Source: an uncultured Chloroflexia bacterium
Lineage (GTDB): Bacteria; Chloroflexota; Limnocylindria; Limnocylindrales; CSP1-4
DNA: 64,000 nucleotides
Assembly (NCBI GenBank): GCA_963748235.1
Contig: CAVVHT010000009.1
Span: forward strand, 1,094,756 to 1,158,755
Reading direction: 5' to 3'
The notes under the pieces were generated by a model. It ran no database searches. It was not told the DNA's origin and saw only the letters and a list, made by a program, of their open reading frames with translations. Shown one piece after another: positions 9,629 through 18,433 of the stretch. The translations under genes were made by a program, and so were the position numbers. Numbering within the stretch: position 1 is the first letter of the stretch; the number at the start of each line of letters is the position of its first letter.

Positions 9629-11235
9629 GGCGTCTTGAACACGCGCACGTCGTCGATTGCCGCCTCGACCAGGTCGTCGGTACCGCCGTCAGCCGCCTCG
9701 AACAGGAGCCGGATGTCTGTGCCGCCGAAGGCACTCAGGCTGACGTCCACGGTTTGCCATGCCGCGGTCCGCGCCGTGTCGCTACCCGCCTTGCTCCACA
9801 CGACCGTTTTGGTCGTGCCACGGACCACGGTCAGGCGCACGAAGTCGGCACTGCTCGAGCCGGCATCATGGGCAAACGTGTAGCTGAAACGGATCTTGGT
9901 CTTGCCGGTTGCACGGAACAGCTTGGAGCGCGCCCAGGTCGAGCCGTCGACGTCGTTCGCGTTGGCATCGACGCCCGCGTCGGCGCCAGTGACGAGCGCC
10001 GCCATGCCGCTGGGGACGCTGGCCGTCTGCATCAGGCCGGCGGCATCGGTCGTCTCGGCCGGAACACCACGCGCCCAACGGCCGCTGGTGGTGCCACCGA
10101 ACTGCCAGCCGCGGGCAGTCTCGAAGTCATCGTTGATCGGCCCGCAATGGGTCGCACCAAGCCCTGCCGCACGGTAGACGCAGTCTGCCTGCTCGAGGAA
10201 ATACAGCACCGTCTCGGTGTTGCGCACGACCTCGCGCTGGATGACCGAATCGGGCGGGTGAAAGCCGCCGCACCCGCCGCAGGTGAAGCTGGGATACATC
10301 TCGATCGTGTAGATGAAGATGCGCTGGTCGCCATACGCCCACGCGGGGAAGTCGCCGTCGTAGATGTACGAGTCGCTGCCCTGGCGAGAGCGGTAGCCGT
10401 TGAGCTCCGCCATCCGCTGGCCGATGGTCACCAACGCGGTGTGGTCGTCCTGGGTCATCTGTGGCGGAACGTCGTCCTTGGTGAATCCGTATGGCCACAT
10501 CACGAACTCGCCGGTGGTGTGCCAGTTGAAGATCGCCTTGATCTGCTGCACGCCACCGACCCGTCGGCTCAGGATGAAGTCGCGCAGCACCACGTTCTCG
10601 ACCGCCTGGAACGGAAACTGGCCTCGGAACTGGGCCGATCCGGGCTTGTTCGACCCGCCGCCGCAGCAGGCCCACATGTAATCCCAATTGCGATTGAGAT
10701 CGATGCCGATCTTGTCCGAGCCGGGGATCGGCTGGCGGTTCTTGCGCCAGCCGTGCCACTCGCCGTCTAGGTGGTCGTATTCGGCGCCATCGGGGTTGAG
10801 CATCGGGATGATCCAGATCTCGCGCGTGTTGACGAGCTTGGTGACGCGCTTGCCGAGCGCGTCGCTCTTGCCGTAGTTCGTGGTCAGCAGCTCGATCATG
10901 TACAGCGACATCTCGACCGTGAGGTGCTCGCGCGCGTGCATCGCGCTCTCGGCCAGCACCTCCGGCTCTGCCTCGTCGCGGGCGACGCGATCGCTGATCT
11001 TTACCGCCCAGATGTCGCGACCCTCGAAGCTCTGGCCGAGGGTGTAGCGCTTGAGGATGGCTCCAGTGCCCTGGCCATAGTTCGCCTCGGCCGTGGCGAG
11101 AACGGCGCCGACCTCGGCATGGGTGTGATAGCCCTCGTAGCCCGGCGGGAAGTCGGTCGTGTCCGCCGTCGCGGCCGATGGCCACGCGGAGAGGATCCCG
11201 GCAAGCACCATTGCCAACGCGAGTCTGACCTTCAT
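9625..11235 (-). CDS. Secreted M14 zinc carboxypeptidase paralogue 2 with ~150-aa C-terminal beta-rich accessory domain
   Basis: Signal peptide, HAREHLTVEM, NPDGAEYD and DLNRNWDYMWACCGGGS. C-terminal HCGPINDDFETARGW...EAAIDDVRVF is shared with the other two copies. GGGGAGAAGGG lies upstream of the ATG. Confidence 0.9.
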   Translation of the reverse strand: MKVRLALAMVLAGILSAWPSAATADTTDFPPGYEGYHTHAEVGAVLATAEANYGQGTGAILKRYTLGQSFEGRDIWAVKISDRVARDEAEPEVLAESAMHAREHLTVEMSLYMIELLTTNYGKSDALGKRVTKLVNTREIWIIPMLNPDGAEYDHLDGEWHGWRKNRQPIPGSDKIGIDLNRNWDYMWACCGGGSNKPGSAQFRGQFPFQAVENVVLRDFILSRRVGGVQQIKAIFNWHTTGEFVMWPYGFTKDDVPPQMTQDDHTALVTIGQRMAELNGYRSRQGSDSYIYDGDFPAWAYGDQRIFIYTIEMYPSFTCGGCGGFHPPDSVIQREVVRNTETVLYFLEQADCVYRAAGLGATHCGPINDDFETARGWQFGGTTSGRWARGVPAETTDAAGLMQTASVPSGMAALVTGADAGVDANANDVDGSTWARSKLFRATGKTKIRFSYTFAHDAGSSSADFVRLTVVRGTTKTVVWSKAGSDTARTAAWQTVDVSLSAFGGTDIRLLFEAADGGTDDLVEAAIDDVRVFKTP

Positions 11236-11266
11236 CCCTTCTCCCCTTGCACTGTCGTTGAATGGC

Positions 11267-12853
11267 TCAAGGCGTCTGTGAGACGCGCACGTTCTCGATA
11301 GCGGCCTCGACGAGGCTGTCGCCCGTGGCGTCGACTGCGGTGAACCGAAGCCGAATGGTCTGGCCGGCCCACGCGTTGAGGCTCACCATCTTTGCCGTCC
11401 ATGTCGCGTTTCGCTCGCTGGCCTTGCCCTTGACCGTCCAAATCTTCGTCGCGCTGGCGCCCTGGACGACGCTCAGCCGCAGGTAGTCCGCGTCGGTCGC
11501 GGACGCGTCGTGGGCGAAAGTGAAGCGGAACTTGACCCTCCACTCGCCCGGCCCGAGCGTGAACGCAGGCGAAAGCGCGGTCGTCTGTCCGTCAATGTCA
11601 TTGGCGTTCGGATCGGCCCCGGCAGCGGCGCCCGTGACGAGGTCGGCCTGTCCGCTCGAAACAGTGGCCTTCTGCTTGGTGCCGGCAGTTGTGACGCTTG
11701 CCTCGGGGATCGCCCGCTCCCAGCCGCCGCTGGGCTGGTCGGCGCTGAAGCTCCAGCCACGGTCGGCTTCGAAGTCGTCGTTGAGCGGCCCGCAATGGGT
11801 CGCCGCCAGACCTGCCGCGCGATAGGGGCAGTCGGCATACTCGAGGAAGCGCAGCACCGCCTCGCGGTTGTTGGCCAACTCGGCCTCGGTCTCCGCCAGC
11901 GTCGGGTAGTAGCGCAGCACGGCGCCTTTCTTCATCTCGACGGTGTAGGTGAAGATGCGGTACAGCTGGTGGGCCCAGTCATCCTGTTCGCCGTCAACGA
12001 TGTACCAGTCGGCGCCCTGTTGAGGCGTGTAGCCGTTGGTCGAGGCGAGCTCCTGGCCGAGCGCCTTGAACGTGCGCCAGTCGTCGTAGGCCATGTCAGG
12101 CGGCACGTTGGTCCTCGTGTACCCGTACGGCCAGAGCACTTTTCGACCTGCCGTGTGCCAGCCAATGCTCGAGGTGATCTGCTGGCGACCGTCGACGACG
12201 CGGCTATCGATGAAGTCGCGGTAAGCCTGCACCTCGGGCGCCCACCACGGCTCCGGGCCGCGGTAGGTGTCGCTCGCCGGGTTGGAGCTCGACCCACCGC
12301 AGCAGCCCCACTGGTAGCCGAACTGGCGATTGAGATCGACGCCGATCTCGCTCGAGCCGGGGATCGGCTGGCGGTTCTTGCGCCAGGTGTGGAAGGTGCC
12401 GCCGGAGAAGTCGTACTCGGCGCCGTCGGGGTTGAGCATCGGAACGATCCACACTTCGCGGCCGTTGACGATGTCGGTGATGCGCTGGTCGCTGCCGTAG
12501 CCGCTGGTCAGCGTGTCAACGATGTACAGCGCCATCTCGGTCGTCAGTCGCTCGCGGGCGTGGGTCAGCCCGTGGAAGAAGACCTCCGGCTCTGCCTCGT
12601 CCTGACCGACGTTGTCGCTGATCTTGACGCCCCAGATGGCGCGTCCCTCATAGCTCTGACCCATCGAGAATCGCTGGGCGATGGCAGGATGGGCAGCGAC
12701 CGTCGCATCTATCGAATCCTTCATCTCGGAATAGGTGTGGAAGTGCTCGTAACCGCCTGGTTCAGCGGCCGTGGCCGGCTGCGCCACGACGAGCGTCAGG
12801 AATACGGCCAGCAGGAGTCCGAGGCGGCGTGTCGGGCGCGTGTTTAGAGCCAC
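11267..12853 (-). CDS. Secreted M14 zinc carboxypeptidase paralogue 3 with the same C-terminal accessory domain
   Basis: HARERLTTEM, NPDGAEYD and DLNRQFGYQWGCCGGSS. Start set at in-frame GTG 12853, just before the signal peptide LGLLLAVFLTLVVAQPATA. The 123 upstream codons of the track ORF are Arg/Pro-rich and non-homologous. Confidence 0.85.
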   Translation of the reverse strand: MALNTRPTRRLGLLLAVFLTLVVAQPATAAEPGGYEHFHTYSEMKDSIDATVAAHPAIAQRFSMGQSYEGRAIWGVKISDNVGQDEAEPEVFFHGLTHARERLTTEMALYIVDTLTSGYGSDQRITDIVNGREVWIVPMLNPDGAEYDFSGGTFHTWRKNRQPIPGSSEIGVDLNRQFGYQWGCCGGSSSNPASDTYRGPEPWWAPEVQAYRDFIDSRVVDGRQQITSSIGWHTAGRKVLWPYGYTRTNVPPDMAYDDWRTFKALGQELASTNGYTPQQGADWYIVDGEQDDWAHQLYRIFTYTVEMKKGAVLRYYPTLAETEAELANNREAVLRFLEYADCPYRAAGLAATHCGPLNDDFEADRGWSFSADQPSGGWERAIPEASVTTAGTKQKATVSSGQADLVTGAAAGADPNANDIDGQTTALSPAFTLGPGEWRVKFRFTFAHDASATDADYLRLSVVQGASATKIWTVKGKASERNATWTAKMVSLNAWAGQTIRLRFTAVDATGDSLVEAAIENVRVSQTP

Positions 12854-12969
12854 TTGTGTCGGCGAACTCCTGGTGGGGCGAATGGGTTTATCGGCGCGTG
12901 GCCATCGTCGGCCGAGCAGGTGCACCCGGGCAACGGGCCCTTTGGTACCAAGCACGCCAGAATTGGAGC

Positions 12970-13251
12970 GTGGAGAGTGACGGGTCGGTACGCATCGCAT
13001 GGGCGGCGGAGGGGTTCGAGGCGATCCACGTCTACGCGCGCTTCTGGCCGGCCGAGGAGGTCTCGCGCCGCGCGTCGGGAGTGGCCGACGTTGCACTGAC
13101 GAATCGAACCGTGCATGACCTGCGCCGAGGGCTGCGCGCCCTGTATGGCGGCTCGTTCCAGCTCCAGGCGCCGGACGAGGACGCGCCTGATCGACGCGTC
13201 GCTGTGTTCTTCGATCCGCCACGCGGAGAACCCAACCCGGACGAGTACTGA
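12970..13251 (+). CDS. Hypothetical small protein (start uncertain)
   Basis: Only open frame in the 426-bp gap between two minus-strand genes. Hand-counted third-position G+C is ~80% and the sequence looks protein-like (IAWAAEGFEAIHVYARFWPAEEV). No recognisable family and no convincing RBS. Confidence 0.3.
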   Translation: MESDGSVRIAWAAEGFEAIHVYARFWPAEEVSRRASGVADVALTNRTVHDLRRGLRALYGGSFQLQAPDEDAPDRRVAVFFDPPRGEPNPDEY

Positions 13252-13279
13252 GCGGCGGTGGACGAGTCCAGCCGCCGGC

Positions 13280-14035
13280 TCAACGGTTGTTTTTGATCTT
13301 CAGCGGCGCCAGGCCGATCCCGGCGTACCAGTCGAGATCCACGTTGCCAACAATGCCGAAGACCGAGCCCGCGTCGGTGTGCTGCCACAGCGTCCAGCCC
13401 TCTCCGGCCCAGTCCTCTGCGGGAACGGTCGGCTGGGAGGCGCCGTAGCGCGCTATCCAGAGCGGGTGGCCGGCCTCGGCGAACGATGTCGGGTTGCCGA
13501 CCTCGTCGCGCCAGAAGTAGTAGTTCGTGTAGATGATTGGCTTGACCCCGAGCCGCGCCTCGACTCGATCCAGCCACGCCCTGGCCCAGCGGCGGAGTGA
13601 CTTCGGTGAGAGTCCGTTGTCGCGTTCCAGGTCGAGGACGGGCAGCAGGTTCTTGCCGCCCAGAGCGGCGTGGTCGATGAAGTGGTCGGCCTCGGCGATG
13701 GCGTCGACGGTCCCGCCGCCCGGCTGTGCGAAGTGGTATGCGCCGAACGCGATGCCCTGCGCCGTTGCGCCCGACTTGTTGACGGCGTAGCGGTCGTCGA
13801 CAAAGCTGTTGCCCTCGGTGACCTTGGCGAAGACGAAGCGGATCCCGTCAGCCTTGACCTGGGCCCAATCGACGTCGCCCTGCCAGTGCGAGATGTCGAT
13901 GCCGGGCAGGTACGAGTCGACCGCCTGGGCAGGTCTGGCGAACGGAGTGGCCGCGCCTATCAGCGTGCCCGCCAGCACGGCTGCGACCAGCAGCGCGCGG
14001 CGCGAAACGGCGATGTTCAGTGGATTCCTCGACAC
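13280..14035 (-). CDS. Secreted GH25 lysozyme (muramidase)
   Basis: DISHWQGDVDWAQVKADGIRFVFAKVTEGNSFVDDRY is a typical GH25 N-terminal signature. Tat/Sec-like leader SRRALLVAAVLAG...AQA. Confidence 0.85.
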   Translation of the reverse strand: MSRNPLNIAVSRRALLVAAVLAGTLIGAATPFARPAQAVDSYLPGIDISHWQGDVDWAQVKADGIRFVFAKVTEGNSFVDDRYAVNKSGATAQGIAFGAYHFAQPGGGTVDAIAEADHFIDHAALGGKNLLPVLDLERDNGLSPKSLRRWARAWLDRVEARLGVKPIIYTNYYFWRDEVGNPTSFAEAGHPLWIARYGASQPTVPAEDWAGEGWTLWQHTDAGSVFGIVGNVDLDWYAGIGLAPLKIKNNR

Positions 14036-14331
14036 ACAGCGCGGTCAGTTTCGCACAGCCGACGCTCCATCCGTTGCACCGGACAACCCAACGATCCAGC
14101 TCGCTAACTGCGCATTGGATGGAATCCCGTCCGCTGACCGCCGGCAAGTGGTCCGATTGGCCGCTGTCAGGGTATGAATCCATGCGGCCCATGCGCTGAG
14201 TCGCCGGTGGACGGGATTCGGCCGCGGCGGTGAGCGGTCGTTGCCAAGCCCCAGCGGGTGAGAGTTGCATCCGGTGCGCAGTCGGCAGCCCTGCATACAC
14301 TTTTGAGGCGTAGTCACCGATCGGAGGACGC

Positions 14332-15012
14332 ATGTTCCTGTTCAACCGCGACAAGACCAACATGGTCGCGCCCGAGAGCGCGCTGCCCGGCCGTGACGAA
14401 CCGATTCTTCCGAACCCTCGACCGCACAGAGTCCTGGGTACGCCGATCGCCGGCCCATACCCGGAGGGTTTCCAGGTCGCCGAGTTCGCGCTTGGATGCT
14501 TCTGGGGCGAAGAGAAGACGTTCTGGGAGCAGCCCGGTGTCTGGACTACCGCGGTCGGCTACCAGGGCGGCTTCACGCCCAACCCAACGTACGAAGAATC
14601 GTGCACTGGGAAGACGGGGCATGCCGAGACCGTGCGCGTCGTGTTCGACCCATCAAAGACAAGCTACGAGCTGCTGCTGAAGGTCTTTTGGGAGAACCAC
14701 GACCCAACGCAGGGCATGCGCCAGGGCAACGATGCTGGGACCGAGTACCGCTCAGCGATCTTCGCTCGGGACCACGCCCAGCGCACCGCCGCCGAGGCTT
14801 CGCTGAAGATGTACCAGGAGCAGCTTTCCGCGGCCGGGTACGGAGCGATCACGACCGAGATCACCGGACCACCGGTGCCGCCCTTCTACTTCGCCGAGGA
14901 TTACCACCAGCAGTACCTCGAGAAGAATCCGGGCGGCTACTGCCCAAACCATTCGACGGGTGTAACGCTGCCTGACGGCTTCGCGGTCACGCCGCTGCAG
15001 TACGCGGATTGA
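14332..15012 (+). CDS. msrA: Peptide-methionine (S)-S-oxide reductase
   Basis: Active-site GCFWGEE and full-length MsrA pattern (YHQQYL near the C-terminus). Confidence 0.92.
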   Translation: MFLFNRDKTNMVAPESALPGRDEPILPNPRPHRVLGTPIAGPYPEGFQVAEFALGCFWGEEKTFWEQPGVWTTAVGYQGGFTPNPTYEESCTGKTGHAETVRVVFDPSKTSYELLLKVFWENHDPTQGMRQGNDAGTEYRSAIFARDHAQRTAAEASLKMYQEQLSAAGYGAITTEITGPPVPPFYFAEDYHQQYLEKNPGGYCPNHSTGVTLPDGFAVTPLQYAD

Positions 15013-15459
15013 ATGGCGCTCAAGCGGATGGACAACGTGGCCATCGTCGTTAACGATCTGGACGGCGCCATCACGTTCCTCGAGGAGCTCGGCCTCGACG
15101 TCGAGGGCCGCGCGACCATGGAGGGCGACTTGGTCGATCGACTGGTCGACCTCCACGGGACCAAGTCGGACATCGCGATGATGCGCACGCCTGACGGCCA
15201 TGGCCGAGTCGAGCTGACGAGATACCAGCATCCCGCGGCGGTCGGTCCTGATCCGAGGAGCGAGCCGGCGAACACGCGCGGCATGAGCCGAATCATGTTC
15301 GCCGTCGACGACATCGACAACGTCGTGCAGCGCTTGCAGGCGCTAGGTGGCGAGCTCGTCGGCGAAGTGGTCCAGTACGAGGACTCCTACCGGCTGTGCT
15401 ACATGCGCGGCCCCGAAGGCATCCTCTTCGCGCTGGCCGAGGAGCTCGACGTCCGCTGA
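15013..15459 (+). CDS. VOC/glyoxalase-family protein
   Basis: The ATG immediately follows the msrA stop. MDNVAIVVNDLDGAITFLEELGL and a second beta-alpha-beta-beta-beta module (SRIMFAVDDID). Confidence 0.75.
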   Translation: MALKRMDNVAIVVNDLDGAITFLEELGLDVEGRATMEGDLVDRLVDLHGTKSDIAMMRTPDGHGRVELTRYQHPAAVGPDPRSEPANTRGMSRIMFAVDDIDNVVQRLQALGGELVGEVVQYEDSYRLCYMRGPEGILFALAEELDVR

Positions 15460-15557
15460 GCCTTGGTCTGCGCCCCCGGCACGAGCCCGCGACCGAGCGC
15501 GCTCAGAAGGCTCGGCGCGACGTCTTGTCGAGGAGCTCGGGCCCGCGGGAACAGCGG

Positions 15558-15974
15558 CTATTGGACTGTCAGGTCGGCGTGCATCCCTGCTGCGTAGTGC
15601 CCGTCAATGTTGCAGATGATCGCGTAATGGCCGGCGGCGAGGTTGACGTCGAGGGTCGGTGTCGCGCCGATGGCGATGTCCTCGATCTCGTCGACAACCG
15701 TCATGCCAGCCTCGCTGACGCCTTGGCCTTCGACCGGGAGCGAGGCGGCCGGCGTGTCCGTGTCTATGACGACGAACTCGTGGATCACCGCTCCGGCGTT
15801 GCGGACCGCGAACTGGACCACTCCAGTTGAAGTCGTATTTCGACCAAGGGTGATCGAGAATTCCTTGAGCTCGGCGGAAATCGGACCGGTGGCTGGCGCA
15901 CCACCCCCGCATCCACCCGCGATCGCCATCACTGTCACGACCGCCACTAGCGCCAAGTTGCGCACTCCGCACAC
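15558..15974 (-). CDS. Cupredoxin-fold (blue-copper-like) lipoprotein
   Basis: Lipobox IAGGC. Candidate type-1 Cu ligands are His in VIHEFVV and C-x4-H-x4-M in CNIDGHYAAGM. GAAGGGAG lies upstream of the GTG. Confidence 0.7.
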   Translation of the reverse strand: MCGVRNLALVAVVTVMAIAGGCGGGAPATGPISAELKEFSITLGRNTTSTGVVQFAVRNAGAVIHEFVVIDTDTPAASLPVEGQGVSEAGMTVVDEIEDIAIGATPTLDVNLAAGHYAIICNIDGHYAAGMHADLTVQ

Positions 15975-16024
15975 TCCCTTCTACTCACCGATCCGAGTGG
16001 CCAACCGTCGCGCGAACCAAGCAT

Positions 16025-16414
16025 TCACCGCCTGGAAGCGAGCGCTGTCTGGACCGCGCCAACGAGAGGCGGGCCGTTCGGACGGCCCACGAGTGGCACG
16101 ACCGCATGGACGCCGGTCGTCTCCACCCAGTCGAGCTCCACTCCCGGCGCGCCGAGCACGATCGGAATGTCGGGATGCTGTTCTCGAAGAGCCTCGACCA
16201 GAGCACGGCCACCATCCAATTCGCCCGTCGCCCAGACGTCGTAGACGAGCACGTCCGCCTCATCCACGGCCGCGCAGGCTCGCCCGCACATGACCGGACA
16301 GGTCGCATGTGACGGCCCGGCACACTGCTCGACCGTGTAGCCGGCCAGGCGCAGCGACGACGCCTGCTCGTCTCCGATGTCCAAATCGTGGTGTACGACA
16401 AGCACGCGAACCAT
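16025..16414 (-). CDS. Atypical stand-alone receiver (CheY-fold)-like protein with a Cys4 insert
   Basis: RVLVVHHD...DVLVYDVWATGELDGG...IPIVLGAPG resembles receiver beta1/beta3/beta4, but the acidic pair, the T/S and the Lys are not canonical. The insert is CAGPSHATCPVMCGRAC (C-x7-C-x3-C-x3-C). Confidence 0.55.
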   Translation of the reverse strand: MVRVLVVHHDLDIGDEQASSLRLAGYTVEQCAGPSHATCPVMCGRACAAVDEADVLVYDVWATGELDGGRALVEALREQHPDIPIVLGAPGVELDWVETTGVHAVVPLVGRPNGPPLVGAVQTALASRR

Positions 16415-16755
16415 TTCGACCTGCCTTCGACCTCGCTATGCGTTTCAACGAGGTATAACCGCCACCGTCGCGCACGGACCGAAAGAGGCGTAGTGCCATT
16501 TGACACCCCTGGGCGGGCCACACGGTCCGAAAGGAAGCCGCGAACAATTTGTTCGATCCCGACGCGCGAGTCCTTCGTGACGAAGCGACCCTCGAGAAGC
16601 CACAACAGGCTCGAGCTGAGCAAGTTCCACACGCCACCAGCTCCCGCGGTCCCGTAGCCACGAGGATCCACCGGTGAACAGCGGGCTGGGCATGGCGCCG
16701 AGCGGCTCAACTGAAGCCTTCGGGCATCTCTATCCGGAGAGGAGTCCCAGCGATC

Positions 16756-17586
16756 TCAGACCGGGTGTCCCCGGACGTCGCAGGGAAGCTGGACGGCGCC
16801 TGGATCGGCAGCGATGTGGGCCTCGATCTGTCGCACGGTGGTGCTCATCTCGGCCGGAGCGATGTACGCACCGTCCTCCAGGAACGGTTGATCGAGAAAG
16901 TTGACCACCAGCATCCCGGCTACGACGAGCACCGTAATTGACCCAATCATCACGGCCTGAGTCCACCACCGTTCACGCCGGTCGGCGAATACGACCAGGT
17001 AAGCGACGGTGAGGCCTGCGCCAAGAATGAGCGTCAGCCACACCGCCGCGGGAATCGTGGGAATCGCTTCGGCCAGCCGCGCGCGCCGGCCCTCCCGCCG
17101 TATGGCCATCTCATCAAGCCAATGGCCGAGCGCGACCTGCGTTCGAACGTCGTCCAATGGCATCGTGTCGATCGTCGATTCGATCTGATCGAGCCAGCCG
17201 ACCACGACTTCGCTCTCGCGGCCCTCGCTCATCTGTGGCCACTCATCCAAGACGACCGCGCGCGCATAGCAGCCGAGCTCATTCCGTAGCTCCTGGTTCT
17301 GAGGGTCAGGAAACAACCGGGAGATTCGCGCCAGCTGCGTTATCGCGACGGCCTCGCGCGAGGAGCCGTCCTGCGCTCGGACGTAGTTCTCGAACGAGAG
17401 GAACATGACGAACGCGAGCAGTACCGCAAACGCGACGCCAAGGACCCCGAACACTGCTGCGGCGGGAACTGCGTCGCGGAGCAGGCCATCCCTGGCGGCG
17501 AACTGCCGCACGGCCAGTATCAGCAGCACGGCCACGACAGCCGCTCCCGCCAGAACGACCAGCGCCCAGAACGGAATCATCGTCAC
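16756..17586 (-). CDS. Membrane protein, DUF4239-like (hypothetical)
   Basis: One N-terminal TM, a soluble middle and two C-terminal TMs. The family name comes from memory of the overall pattern and is not verified. Confidence 0.6.
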   Translation of the reverse strand: MTMIPFWALVVLAGAAVVAVLLILAVRQFAARDGLLRDAVPAAAVFGVLGVAFAVLLAFVMFLSFENYVRAQDGSSREAVAITQLARISRLFPDPQNQELRNELGCYARAVVLDEWPQMSEGRESEVVVGWLDQIESTIDTMPLDDVRTQVALGHWLDEMAIRREGRRARLAEAIPTIPAAVWLTLILGAGLTVAYLVVFADRRERWWTQAVMIGSITVLVVAGMLVVNFLDQPFLEDGAYIAPAEMSTTVRQIEAHIAADPGAVQLPCDVRGHPV

Positions 17587-17683
17587 TCCGCCTGCCGAGG
17601 TGGCCTCCTTGACGTGCCACGCTCAGCGTCAAGCGTATCGCATGGCCGAGGGTCGACCGTCGGTCACGGCAACCAGATCGGGG

Positions 17684-18232
17684 CTATAGCGGCGACGCGG
17701 TGGGCGTCTGCTCCGGGGTCGGAGTCGGATCCGGGACGTTGGCCAGACCGACATTGGCGAAGCCCGCGAACGCCCGCGTCGTCTGGAGCCGATCCAGTCT
17801 AACTTCAGCCACGCCCTTGTCAGTAGTCGCCCCGGTTACGAAGACGCGCACCAGGGGCCGACGCTGCGCATGGACGATCCGGGTGACGATCCCGATGTGG
17901 ACCGCAGGCGAGCCCCAGAACGCAAGGTCGCCGATCTCGACCTGCTTCGGGTCGGTGAACAGCTGACTGCGCTGCCGGAACCAGGACTGGTACTCGCGAG
18001 CCCGCATCCTCTTGCCGCCGATTCGGTCGCCGAGTCCGGCAGACGAGTACGTCCACCAAACAAAGCCCGAGCAGTCGTAGCGGTTCGGCCCTTCGGCTCC
18101 AAGGCGGTAGGGATCGCCAAGCTCGGCGTAGGCGGTGCTGGTGATCAGGGTCGGTTCATCTGCAGCGAGCGTCGATCCGGGCACGCTGGCGATCAAAAGG
18201 GCCGCGCCGAGCACGGCAAACAGGAATCTCAC
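17684..18232 (-). CDS. Secreted NlpC/P60 (C40) peptidoglycan endopeptidase
   Basis: YDCSGFVWWTYSSAGL and GDLAFWGSPAVHIGIV (Cys/His catalytic pattern). Start moved to GTG 18232 (GAGAGGA 8 nt upstream), directly before signal peptide VRFLFAVLGAALLIASVPGSTLA. Confidence 0.85.
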   Translation of the reverse strand: MRFLFAVLGAALLIASVPGSTLAADEPTLITSTAYAELGDPYRLGAEGPNRYDCSGFVWWTYSSAGLGDRIGGKRMRAREYQSWFRQRSQLFTDPKQVEIGDLAFWGSPAVHIGIVTRIVHAQRRPLVRVFVTGATTDKGVAEVRLDRLQTTRAFAGFANVGLANVPDPTPTPEQTPTASPL

Positions 18233-18433
18233 GGGCAATTTCCTCTCGGAGGGAGCGATGCACGGCAGCCGCCGCCTATCGAACTTATCCAAGAGGGGCG
18301 CCAACCACTCGTTCCTGGGGGAACGCTGGTGTTGTTGCTCTACCCCGAGATTAGGGTGCTGGTACCGAGGTCATCATGTGAGAACGCTGAGAAGTCTCTG
18401 TGAGATGCGCGATCGACCGCGCTGCACCAGGAT

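Noticed and set aside
11267-13222. Long N-terminal extensions of track ORFs, for example 11267..13222, 4766..6577, 5953..7611, 38256..39212, 43239..44120, 55762..57288 and 59523..60536.
   Set aside because: The extensions overlap upstream genes or are Arg/Pro-rich without homology. Internal starts that coincide with signal peptides, RBSs or 4-nt stop/start overlaps give proteins of the expected family length.
16548-16562. tRNA-like T-loop sequence GTTCGATCCCG.
   Set aside because: The flanking bases do not form a T-stem, and no acceptor or anticodon arms can be drawn. It is not a tRNA or tRNA remnant that I can support.
18233-18433. Possible cyclic-di-AMP (ydaO-type) riboswitch upstream of the NlpC/P60 gene. 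The same check was made upstream of the GH25 gene at 14036-14331 and the FemAB-like gene at 21721-22244.
   Set aside because: I compared the regions by eye with the remembered conserved blocks (GGGGA-CCA, GGGGUGAAUC, CCGAAUCCGACAGCUAACCUCGUAAGCG). Only weak partial resemblance appeared, for example CCGAATCCCGTCC at 14209-14221 on the minus strand. This is not enough to call, and an Infernal scan is needed.
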